Assembly (NCBI GenBank): GCA_902767385.1
Contig: CACXHA010000040.1
Coordinates: 1 to 41,633 of the forward strand
Source: an uncultured Elusimicrobium sp.
GTDB taxonomy: Bacteria; Elusimicrobiota; Elusimicrobia; Elusimicrobiales; Elusimicrobiaceae
Direction of reading: 5' to 3'
DNA: 41,633 bases
In this document: piece by piece, positions 27,595 to 35,708 of the stretch
How positions within the stretch are numbered: the stretch's first letter is position 1
How the letters are laid out: each line of letters starts with the position of its first letter
The notes under the pieces: model-generated
The model's database searches: none
Told to the model about the DNA's origin: nothing
The model's input: only the letters and a program-made list of their open reading frames with translations
Program-made: the position numbers and the translations under genes

Positions 27595-29655
27595 ATGGAA
27601 AACGCAGAAGTTATCACGCACATCGTTAAACGCGATGGCACTACCGAACGCTTTGATGCAAAAAAAATTACCAACGCCATTACCAAAGCCGCTGAAGCTA
27701 CCGGCGAATTTGACGAGAGTACCGCTAAAAAACTAACGATCCGCGCGGTAAACATTATCCAACAACTCTATTCGGACACGATCCCCAACGTGGAAAACGT
27801 GCAAGATATTGTGGAAGATGTACTGTTAACCTCTAATTACCACAAAACCGCCAAAGCCTACATCTTGTACCGCGACCAGCACGCCCGCATGCGTGAGATT
27901 TCTTCTAAATTTAACGTAGATTTAGTAGACCAATACCTGCAAAAGATTGACTGGCAAGTGAACGAAAACAGCAATATGGGTTATTCGTTACAAGGTCTTA
28001 ACAACTATATTTCTTCCGAAATTAGCAAAGTGTATTGGCTCAATAAAATCTATCCTGAAAATGTACGCCGTATGCATAGCGAAGGGGATTTCCACCTGCA
28101 CGATTTGGGCCTGTTAGGTGCCTATTGTGTAGGGTGGGACTTGCAAGACTTGCTGCTTAGTGGCTTTACGGGGGTAGTTGGCAAAGCGGAAAGTAAACCG
28201 GCCAAACACTTCCGCACCGCTTTAGGGCAAGTAGTTAACTTCTTCTATACGCTCCAAGGCGAAAGTGCCGGGGCCCAGGCCTTTAGCAACTTTGACACGC
28301 TGCTCGCGCCGTTTATCTATTATGATAAACTCTCCTATGACGAAGTGAAACAAGCTTTACAAGAATTTTTGTTTAACGTAAACGTACCCACCCGCGTGGG
28401 TTTCCAGACCCCGTTTACCAACCTGACCATGGACTTGACGGTTCCTTCCTATTATAAGGACCAACCGGTCATTATCGGTGGGAAATTACAGGATAAAACC
28501 TATGGCGAATTCCAAAGTGAAATGGACATGCTTAACCGCGCTTTCTGCGAAGTTATGCTCGCCGGAGATGCCAAAGGCCGCGTGTTTACGTTCCCGATTC
28601 CTACCTATAATATTACCAAAGATTTTGACTGGTCTAACCCCAAGTTGGAACCGCTGTGGGAAATGACAGCTAAATACGGAATCCCGTACTTTGCCAACTT
28701 CATTAATTCGGATATGAACCCCGAAGATGCCCGCTCCATGTGTTGCCGTTTGCGTATTGATAACCGCGAACTTAGAAAACGCGGCGGCGGTTTGTTCGGC
28801 TCGGCTCCGCTCACCGGTTCTATCGGCGTAGTAACTATCAATTTACCGCGCCTGGGGTATTTGTCCAAAACCGAAGACGAATTCTTTGCCAACCTTAAGG
28901 ACCGCATGGAAGTAGCCAAAACCAGTTTGGAAATCAAACGCAAAGTAATTGAACGCTTTACCAAAGGTAACTTGTACCCGTACATGAGCTTTTACTTGCG
29001 CTCGATTCGCCAACGCTTTGGCGAATTTTGGAAAAACCACTTCTCTACCATCGGGTTAGTGGGACTTAATGAGTGCTCCCTTAACTTAATTGGTGAAGAC
29101 ATCGGTACCGAAAAAGGCCGAAAATTTGCCGAAAAAACGCTTACCTTTATGCGTGAAACGCTGGTTAAATTCCAAGAAGAAACCGGCAATAACTACAATT
29201 TGGAAGCGACCCCGGCGGAAGGGACCTCCTACCGCTTGGCTAAGCTGGATAAAGAACGCTACCCGGAAATTATTTGCGCCAACGAGGCTTTGTATAAGCA
29301 AGGGCATCAACCTTTCTATACCAACTCCTCGCAACTGCCGGTCAACTATACCGACGATGTGTTTGAAATGCTCGATTTACAAAGCACGATTCAGTCCAAA
29401 TACACCGGTGGTACCGTACAGCACATTTTTACGGGGGAACGCATCAAAGATTTAGAAGCCATGAAACGCTTTATTAAGACGGTGTGTGAACGCTACACGT
29501 TGCCGTATTTCTCAATCACACCCACGTTTAGCGTATGCCCCAAATGCGGTTACATTGCGGGAGAACATTTTGAATGTCCCAAATGTAAAGCCGAACGTAT
29601 GCAAGAGTTGCAACGCAAAATTGCTCTGTTAGAAGAGCAACTCTATAGCAAATAA
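27595..29655 (+). CDS. nrdD: Anaerobic (class III) ribonucleoside-triphosphate reductase, large part without the glycyl-radical domain
   Basis: ATP-cone (IVKRDG..FD..KI..AI), VNENSN, HLHDL, SMCCRL, EATPAEGTSYRLA, YTGGT, CPKC..CPKC; alternative start at 27586. Confidence 0.94.
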   Translation: MENAEVITHIVKRDGTTERFDAKKITNAITKAAEATGEFDESTAKKLTIRAVNIIQQLYSDTIPNVENVQDIVEDVLLTSNYHKTAKAYILYRDQHARMREISSKFNVDLVDQYLQKIDWQVNENSNMGYSLQGLNNYISSEISKVYWLNKIYPENVRRMHSEGDFHLHDLGLLGAYCVGWDLQDLLLSGFTGVVGKAESKPAKHFRTALGQVVNFFYTLQGESAGAQAFSNFDTLLAPFIYYDKLSYDEVKQALQEFLFNVNVPTRVGFQTPFTNLTMDLTVPSYYKDQPVIIGGKLQDKTYGEFQSEMDMLNRAFCEVMLAGDAKGRVFTFPIPTYNITKDFDWSNPKLEPLWEMTAKYGIPYFANFINSDMNPEDARSMCCRLRIDNRELRKRGGGLFGSAPLTGSIGVVTINLPRLGYLSKTEDEFFANLKDRMEVAKTSLEIKRKVIERFTKGNLYPYMSFYLRSIRQRFGEFWKNHFSTIGLVGLNECSLNLIGEDIGTEKGRKFAEKTLTFMRETLVKFQEETGNNYNLEATPAEGTSYRLAKLDKERYPEIICANEALYKQGHQPFYTNSSQLPVNYTDDVFEMLDLQSTIQSKYTGGTVQHIFTGERIKDLEAMKRFIKTVCERYTLPYFSITPTFSVCPKCGYIAGEHFECPKCKAERMQELQRKIALLEEQLYSK

Positions 29656-29672
29656 GATTTGGCCTTAAGCCA

Positions 29673-29708
29673 TCAGGGGAAGGGAGTTTCACGGCTCCCC
29701 GCCCTTGA
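29673..29708 (+). other. Intergenic stem-loop between the two nrdD parts
   Basis: TCAGGGG-AA-GGGAGT-TTCAC-GGCTCCC-CG-CCCTTGA; no U tract on the + strand. Confidence 0.55.
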
Positions 29709-29734
29709 AAAATTATACTTGATAGGAGACAATT

Positions 29735-29959
29735 ATGACAGCACAAGAAAGACAAGCCGTAGAAACGAAAATTTCAGACCTCAAAAAAGAAATGAGCAAA
29801 GTACAAGGCTCCAAATGTGAAGTGTACTCCCGCGTAGTGGGTTACTTGCGCCCGGTGCAAAACTGGAATAAAGGTAAAAAAGAAGAATATTCCATGCGCA
29901 AAACCTTAAACGTAGAAGGCGGCTGCAGCTGCGGTTGCGAATGCGCCAGCGATAAATAA
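29735..29959 (+). CDS. Stand-alone NrdD glycyl-radical domain
   Basis: AGGAG RBS; CEVYSRVVGYLRPVQNWNKGKKEEY glycyl-radical motif; Cys-rich tail. Confidence 0.9.
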   Translation: MTAQERQAVETKISDLKKEMSKVQGSKCEVYSRVVGYLRPVQNWNKGKKEEYSMRKTLNVEGGCSCGCECASDK

Positions 29960-29986
29960 TTCTCCCCTTTCTAAGGCATAGGTTCC

Positions 29987-30610
29987 ATGAAGTTGGGCGG
30001 ATTGGTAAAGTTTACCTTAATTGACTTTCCCGGCAGACCGGCAGCAATTGTATTTACACAAGGGTGCAATTTCCGTTGCCGCTATTGCCACAATCCGGAG
30101 TTGGTTTACCCCCACCTATTTGAGGAACCTATGCCCGAAGAAGAAATCATGGCCTTTTTGAAGCGCCGCCAAGGTACCTTGGAGGGCGTTGTTGTATCGG
30201 GTGGGGAACCCACCTTGCAAGAAGATTTAGTTCGCTTTATGGCGGATATTAAGGCCCTAGGTTATAAAATTAAACTAGACACCAACGGCACCCGCCCGGA
30301 AGTATTAAAAGAATTAATTGACAAAAAACTGGTAGATTTTATTGCCATGGACTTAAAGGCCCCGCTTACCAAGTATGCAGCCATTACAGGGGTAGAAGCC
30401 AACTCTACCGTAATTCGCCAGTCTATAGACCTTATCCGCCAAAGCGGGTTGGAATATCAGTTCCGCACCACCTACGATAAAGAAGTATTAGACGATAACG
30501 ACATTGCCGCTATTTCCGCCGCAGTAGAAGGTAAAAACTACAAAGTGCAAGAGTGTTTACCGGTAGCCAAAGAGAAAGCCACGCTAAAAGTAATGCACGA
30601 AGAATTATAA
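29987..30610 (+). CDS. nrdG: Anaerobic RNR activating enzyme (radical SAM)
   Basis: IDFPG, FTQGCNFRCRYCHNP, SGGEPT, KLDTNG, MDLKAP, FRTT. Confidence 0.95.
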   Translation: MKLGGLVKFTLIDFPGRPAAIVFTQGCNFRCRYCHNPELVYPHLFEEPMPEEEIMAFLKRRQGTLEGVVVSGGEPTLQEDLVRFMADIKALGYKIKLDTNGTRPEVLKELIDKKLVDFIAMDLKAPLTKYAAITGVEANSTVIRQSIDLIRQSGLEYQFRTTYDKEVLDDNDIAAISAAVEGKNYKVQECLPVAKEKATLKVMHEEL

Positions 30611-30627
30611 ATTTACTTCTTAAACGC

Positions 30628-30661
30628 AATACCGCCGCGGTTTGTTAACCGCGGCGGTATT
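30628..30661. terminator. Bidirectional terminator
   Basis: Perfect 15-bp stem AATACCGCCGCGGTT-TGTT-AACCGCGGCGGTATT. Confidence 0.88.
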
Positions 30662-30679
30662 TATTTTACTTAAAACTAC

Positions 30680-31297
30680 TTATTTAGCCAGTTTATTTAC
30701 ACGTTCTACAAAAGCATCTAATTCTTGGGGCACATTACCCAAAAACTCACTGGCGTGTACGCGCACAAACTCCATCATAGGTTGCCCGTTTACCTGGCAG
30801 CCTTTGTAGGCCTTGGCTAACGGGGCAGCTTGTGCGTCCTCCATCTTAGCCATCGGATCGGCAAAGTTAATTAAAATAAACTGCACCGTGTGCGATACAT
30901 TTCCTTGAGCCGCTATGTTGTTAATCTTGGCTTGCGCGCTTAGTCTTTCTACGCGGTCGGCAAAATTACGCAACTCAGCTGCTTCCTTCCCGCTAATATC
31001 CCCCGGGAAGATATTCGCATTGGCACGCACAAACTTAACAAACGGCACACCTTTTACCTCAAAGGTAGCATAGCAAGCGGCTAAAGGCAACGCCTCTTCA
31101 TCGCTCATACCTACCATTGGGTCGGCCATGTTGATTAAGATGTTTTGTTCTACAAAAGAAACCTTTTGTTCCGCCGCATACTGCTCAAAGGCTTCCTTTT
31201 GGCTAGCACAATCTTCGTCACCTTGCGCTACAGCGTTTAACGCAAACGCGGAAGCGGAAAACAACATCACACCAAACAACGCGATTACTTTTTTCAT
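30680..31297 (-). CDS. Hypothetical secreted protein with an internally duplicated domain
   Basis: Signal peptide ending AFA; two copies of ILINxADPM...PLA..Y...V.G.P...FVR...EL..F..RV..L; AGGAGG RBS. Confidence 0.82.
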   Translation of the reverse strand: MKKVIALFGVMLFSASAFALNAVAQGDEDCASQKEAFEQYAAEQKVSFVEQNILINMADPMVGMSDEEALPLAACYATFEVKGVPFVKFVRANANIFPGDISGKEAAELRNFADRVERLSAQAKINNIAAQGNVSHTVQFILINFADPMAKMEDAQAAPLAKAYKGCQVNGQPMMEFVRVHASEFLGNVPQELDAFVERVNKLAK

Positions 31298-31359
31298 AAT
31301 TTCCCCTCCTTTTAGGGCTTTCTTACTTATAGTATAGGGAACTTAAAGCAAAAATACCA

Positions 31360-31446
31360 TAGGCCAAAAGGCCCACCAAACGGTGGGCCTTTTATATAGG
31401 TCTTTGTAGAAAAACCGTTCCGAAAGGACGGTTATATAGGCTTTTT
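31360..31446. promoter_or_regulatory. Intergenic region with two hairpins and TAGGYC sites
   Basis: Hairpins at 31366-31393 and 31413-31433 (terminator-like on the - strand); TAGGCCAAAAGGCCC at 31360, ATATAGGTCTTT at 31394, ATATAGGCTTTT at 31434. Confidence 0.55.
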
Positions 31447-31451
31447 AATAT

Positions 31452-32006
31452 TTATTTATTCATAGAACGCACATCTTGCGCAAGTTGCATGGCAAACTGA
31501 TTTAGCTCCGCTGCTAACTCATCTACCATGACTGCATCTGCCATTTCAGCCTCATGGTCCTGCAAAAATTCTTGCACACCAAACTTTTTGCCATCCTTTG
31601 AAACTAATACCTCTGCTCCAATACGAGCCCCGGCAACTCGGGCCGCTAGCACATCCCGTTTGCGTACGGAATTGTATTCATCCATCACCACTGTTAAAGA
31701 AGCGGCAATATCCTCTATAGCGCCTAAACGTTCTTTCTGATTTTTATCCGTTGCTTGAGGCGGATAAGGGAATTCCCGTATTTCCCGTTTGGCATTTTGT
31801 AATTGGTTTAATATCCGATTTACAAAAGCTTGCCCTTGTGTGGATAATTTGATAGCAGGCCCTGACACATTTTCTTCATGTTGGCGTTTATTTGATTGCA
31901 AACGATTTAAAGTTTGCTCCAAACGAGCTGCTTGATCTGCATCCGCTTGAGCAACTGCAAACGAAGATATTCCCAATACAAGCAATAAAATCCCTAATTT
32001 TTTCAT
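31452..32006 (-). CDS. Hypothetical secreted helical protein
   Basis: Signal peptide MKKLGILLLVLGISSFAVA; GAGG RBS. Confidence 0.8.
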   Translation of the reverse strand: MKKLGILLLVLGISSFAVAQADADQAARLEQTLNRLQSNKRQHEENVSGPAIKLSTQGQAFVNRILNQLQNAKREIREFPYPPQATDKNQKERLGAIEDIAASLTVVMDEYNSVRKRDVLAARVAGARIGAEVLVSKDGKKFGVQEFLQDHEAEMADAVMVDELAAELNQFAMQLAQDVRSMNK

Positions 32007-32081
32007 ATCTTTACCTCTTTTAGAAGTTTCACTTCTTAATATACTTGTAGTATAGTTGTCTTTTTACAAAAATCAAGTCTA

Positions 32082-33284
32082 CTAATAGGTAAACTGACCT
32101 TTTTCGTACACTACTTTCTTGGAACCGTCTTTTAGAGTGACGGTCACGGTTTTATCTTCCGTATTGATTAAATCCCAATGCAACGAAGAATCGTTAAAGC
32201 CCAATTTTTCTTTCATCTTTTTATCTAATTTGCTTTGTGAGCCGCTAAACGTGTCGGCATAACTGGCGCCCACCGCTACGTGGCAGTTGCCATATTTTCC
32301 GCCAAAGTTTTCATCAAATAAAATATCCGCCATAAATTTGGTAATTTTGGAAAACCGGCGGTCCGTAAGTGAAAACTCACCAATTTGGCTGGCCCCCTTA
32401 TCCATCGCGAGCATTTTGCGTACAAAGTCAGCCCCTTGCTCAGCATCTGCTTTGACCACGCGGCCATTTTTAAACTCCAAACGTACGCCTTTTACATAAT
32501 TGCCGCTGCGGTAAGAAGATAAGTCTGCAAAATATATGCCGCGCGTACCACGCCAATCAGGCGAAGTAAAAATTTCAAAAGACGGGATATTACACCCGCC
32601 CCCCGCAATAAATTTGCGTTTTTCACCCAATAAAACTTCAAAATCCATATGTTTGGTTTGCACGCGCAAGGTTTTAATCGGTAATGCCGAAAGCCACTTG
32701 CCAATCTCGTTAATTTGCCAGGTAACTTCCTGCCATTTTTTAACGGGGTCTTTTTCATTTAAAAAGCAGGCGCGCGCCACTTGATTGGCATATTCTTTAA
32801 CGGACAACCCGGCCCGCGCAGCCAATTCTTGCGTGGGATAATTGCAAAGTGTCCATGAGAACAACCCCTTTTGCTCACGCACGTCCAAAATTTCGCGTAT
32901 GGGTTTGCGTGCCACCGCACTCTGAGCCAGTTTAGTCGGGTCAATTTTCTTAAGATGGGTTAAATCCTGCGGAGCATGTAACGCAATTAAACCGTTAATG
33001 TTGCCCTGAATTTCTTTTTCCCCCACCGGCAAATAAGCCAGTTGCTTATTATCTGCCAACTGATAAAAAGTGGTGGTAAAATCTTCCGGTGCGTTCCAAC
33101 GCAACAGCACGTTATAATGTTGTTTCAACAATTTAGTATAGACGGCCTTAGCCAGCGGTGCGGCAGCCATATCGGTACGCAACAAAACGTTATCATATTT
33201 CTTAAAAGTTCCGTTACGCCGCGCAGCGCGCATGGCCCAAATTAAAACATCCGCATATTTTTGAAGTTGCAGATTACTAAACAT
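32082..33284 (-). CDS. Aminopeptidase, M29 family (AmpS/AmpT-like)
   Basis: KYADVL, NIPSFEIFTSP, IGEF, LFDENFGG, HVAVGASY, NDSSLHWD. Confidence 0.92.
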   Translation of the reverse strand: MFSNLQLQKYADVLIWAMRAARRNGTFKKYDNVLLRTDMAAAPLAKAVYTKLLKQHYNVLLRWNAPEDFTTTFYQLADNKQLAYLPVGEKEIQGNINGLIALHAPQDLTHLKKIDPTKLAQSAVARKPIREILDVREQKGLFSWTLCNYPTQELAARAGLSVKEYANQVARACFLNEKDPVKKWQEVTWQINEIGKWLSALPIKTLRVQTKHMDFEVLLGEKRKFIAGGGCNIPSFEIFTSPDWRGTRGIYFADLSSYRSGNYVKGVRLEFKNGRVVKADAEQGADFVRKMLAMDKGASQIGEFSLTDRRFSKITKFMADILFDENFGGKYGNCHVAVGASYADTFSGSQSKLDKKMKEKLGFNDSSLHWDLINTEDKTVTVTLKDGSKKVVYEKGQFTY

Positions 33285-33339
33285 TTCTATTCCCCCTCAA
33301 GTCTATTTAATGTTATAATACCAAATAACGAGGTTTTTT

Positions 33340-34092
33340 ATGAAGAAAATTTTACTTTTTACTACTTTTCTATTTTGTTTCTTTATGGCTTGGGCCGAAG
33401 TTTCCCCTCTGCCCGAAGCACAATTTACGTTTTTGTACCCTTCGCAAACCTCTCATTTGCTCAAAGATTCCGCTACGGAGCTACTCCTTTGCAAAGACCG
33501 TCTGTGTTTAGAGCAAACGCCGCTAGGGTCATACGGTTCCCAACGCATGAACTGTAATGAACAAACTTGCACCGCTGTAGCGTATGATTTTGCACCTTTT
33601 GCCCGGTTGGTAAGCACCTTTGAGGACGGAACTTCCGTCTCAAGTAATGTGTTTTCCATAGATGAAGATCTTATCAATCAATTCAACGTTTATGTAGGGC
33701 CGCAAAGCCTGTATATTGTTCCGGCAGAAAACCAGGTACAAGAACCTTTGTGGAAACGACCGCAAGCTTGGGGGGCATTAAGTTTAATTTTAATACTTGA
33801 ATTGCTTTGTGCAACCGCTTGGATTTGGTACACAAAAAAACGCTTTACTATTTTGTACGGGGTGGCCATTGCCAATGTATTAACAGCTGCTTTAACATGG
33901 GGAATTTTAGTACATTATGTAGCACAAAGTGCCATATGGTGGATTGCATGCGTAGCCTTGGAAACGCTGCTTGTGCGTTTCATTAACTATAAAGATATTT
34001 CGCTTAAAGATTCGGCTACGCTTTGTATTATGACCAATGTAACCAGTTATACCTTGGGAATGATTATTTCCTTTATGTGGGCACAGCTGTAA
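33340..34092 (+). CDS. Hypothetical membrane protein (exported Cys-containing domain plus about 4 C-terminal TM helices)
   Basis: Signal peptide ending AWA; GAGG RBS; TGTTATAAT upstream. Confidence 0.78.
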   Translation: MKKILLFTTFLFCFFMAWAEVSPLPEAQFTFLYPSQTSHLLKDSATELLLCKDRLCLEQTPLGSYGSQRMNCNEQTCTAVAYDFAPFARLVSTFEDGTSVSSNVFSIDEDLINQFNVYVGPQSLYIVPAENQVQEPLWKRPQAWGALSLILILELLCATAWIWYTKKRFTILYGVAIANVLTAALTWGILVHYVAQSAIWWIACVALETLLVRFINYKDISLKDSATLCIMTNVTSYTLGMIISFMWAQL

Positions 34093-34107
34093 CTCAATTT
34101 CCTGGGC

Positions 34108-34135
34108 AAGCCCCGCCACAAAAGGCGGGGTTTTT
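34108..34135. terminator. Terminator between convergent genes
   Basis: AAGCCCCGCC-ACAAAA-GGCGGGGTTTTT. Confidence 0.85.
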
Positions 34136-34141
34136 CATGGA

Positions 34142-34909
34142 TTAAAAAATCAATAGCACCACAGCCATAAGAGCCATACCGCCAATCACGCCGCTAATTA
34201 CCTGGTGCCCATGTCCGTAATCGTGTGCGGTGGGCAAAAGTTCGTCTAACGCCAAATACACCATAATCCCGGCTACGCTGGCAAACAAAACACCCAGTAA
34301 TGCTTCGTGTAATACGGCACTTAAAATAAAATAACCCGTTACGGCGCCCACCGGCTCTGCCATGCCGCTAACGGCACTGGCCCAAAATGCTTTTTGGCGG
34401 CTACCGGTAGAATGATAAACCGGTAGTGCCACTGCAATTCCTTCCGGGATATTATGAATTGCCACCGCCAACGCAATAGAAAACCCCAGCGTTACACTAT
34501 CAAGTGCTGAAAAAAATGTAGCTAACCCTTCCGGGAAATTATGCAACGCTAGTGCTACTGCGGTAAAAATACCGGTTTGTTTGAGTTTGGCGGTCTGTTT
34601 TAAGGTATCTTCTTTCACATGCAAAGGTGGCAAGCAACGGTCCACCCCCCAGGCTAGTCCAATCCCTGCAAAAAACAAAATAACGGTAAAGACAGGGCCG
34701 TAACTGCCGTATAAAGACGTAAGTGCAGTTTGAGCATGCGGCAGAATTTCCATAAAAGAAACATAAATCATCACGCCGGCAGAAAAACCAAGCCCTATGG
34801 CTAAGGCAGAAAGATTTTCTTTCTTAATAAAAAAGGACAACAACCCGCCCACCGCACTGGCGGCCCCGGCCAAAAAGCTGAGAATAAAAGCAAGTAGTAA
34901 GTGACTCAT
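34142..34909 (-). CDS. zupT: ZIP family zinc transporter
   Basis: GFSAGVMIYVSFMEI, ALHNFPEG, AIHNIPEG, SGMAEP, GIMVYLALDELLP. Confidence 0.93.
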   Translation of the reverse strand: MSHLLLAFILSFLAGAASAVGGLLSFFIKKENLSALAIGLGFSAGVMIYVSFMEILPHAQTALTSLYGSYGPVFTVILFFAGIGLAWGVDRCLPPLHVKEDTLKQTAKLKQTGIFTAVALALHNFPEGLATFFSALDSVTLGFSIALAVAIHNIPEGIAVALPVYHSTGSRQKAFWASAVSGMAEPVGAVTGYFILSAVLHEALLGVLFASVAGIMVYLALDELLPTAHDYGHGHQVISGVIGGMALMAVVLLIF

Positions 34910-34910
34910 G

Positions 34911-35708
34911 TTAAGAATTGGCTACTTCTTGTGCGCGGCGGGTAGTAGCGGCAACTGCCTCGCGCAGAACTTCTTTAAGGTCGCTTGTAACCAGCACTTC
35001 CATACCGGCTGCAGTACATCCGCCAGGGGTGGCTACTTTTTGTGCTAACTGTGCAGGGGTGGCCTCCTCGTGCTGAGCCATTTTGGCGGCCCCAATTACG
35101 GTTTGGATAGCCAGTTCACGCGCAGTTGTTGAGTCTAAACCTTGGGCTTGGCCGGCACGAGCTAGACCATCTATAAAATGATATACAAACGCCGGCCCGG
35201 AACCGGAAACCGCCGTTGCAACATCAAATACGGCAAGAGGTATTTCATACGTTTTACCCATATTTTGAAATAATTTCATTACTTCAATGCGCATCGGTTG
35301 CGGTACTTCTGTTGCAAAATGGAAAAGAGTGACCCCTTCTCCAAGTGCAAGCGGCGTGTTGGGCATAATACGGATGATGGGCCAATGCGGTAAAACTTTT
35401 GCTATTTTATCCACACTCCACCCCAGCGCCATGCTGACAAGCGGTTTAGGGCACACATTGCACCCGGCAATTTGAGCAAGGACCTGCGGCATCTGCGCTG
35501 GTTTAACCGCTAAAAATAAACAATCCGCCTCAGTAATTACGCGGACATTGTCCGTATATACGGCAATACCTAAAGTATCTGCCAGTAAATTGGCTTTTTC
35601 GGGGGTACGCACAGAAGCAAAAATATTCTCTTTTTTTAAGCCCGTTTTTAAAAGGCCCCGGATAATCGCACCCCCCATTTCGCCGGCACCGATAAACCCT
35701 AATTTCAT
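34911..35708 (-). CDS. proC: Pyrroline-5-carboxylate reductase
   Basis: GFIGAGEMG, LAVKP, RIMPNTP, SGSGPAF, VATPGGCT. Confidence 0.96.
   Translation of the reverse strand: MKLGFIGAGEMGGAIIRGLLKTGLKKENIFASVRTPEKANLLADTLGIAVYTDNVRVITEADCLFLAVKPAQMPQVLAQIAGCNVCPKPLVSMALGWSVDKIAKVLPHWPIIRIMPNTPLALGEGVTLFHFATEVPQPMRIEVMKLFQNMGKTYEIPLAVFDVATAVSGSGPAFVYHFIDGLARAGQAQGLDSTTARELAIQTVIGAAKMAQHEEATPAQLAQKVATPGGCTAAGMEVLVTSDLKEVLREAVAATTRRAQEVANS

Noticed and set aside
29656-29734. Intron, frameshift or SECIS-like recoding between the nrdD parts
   Set aside because: The stop is TAA, the gap is only 79 nt with no intron core, and the downstream ORF has its own RBS and a distinct N-terminal helix.
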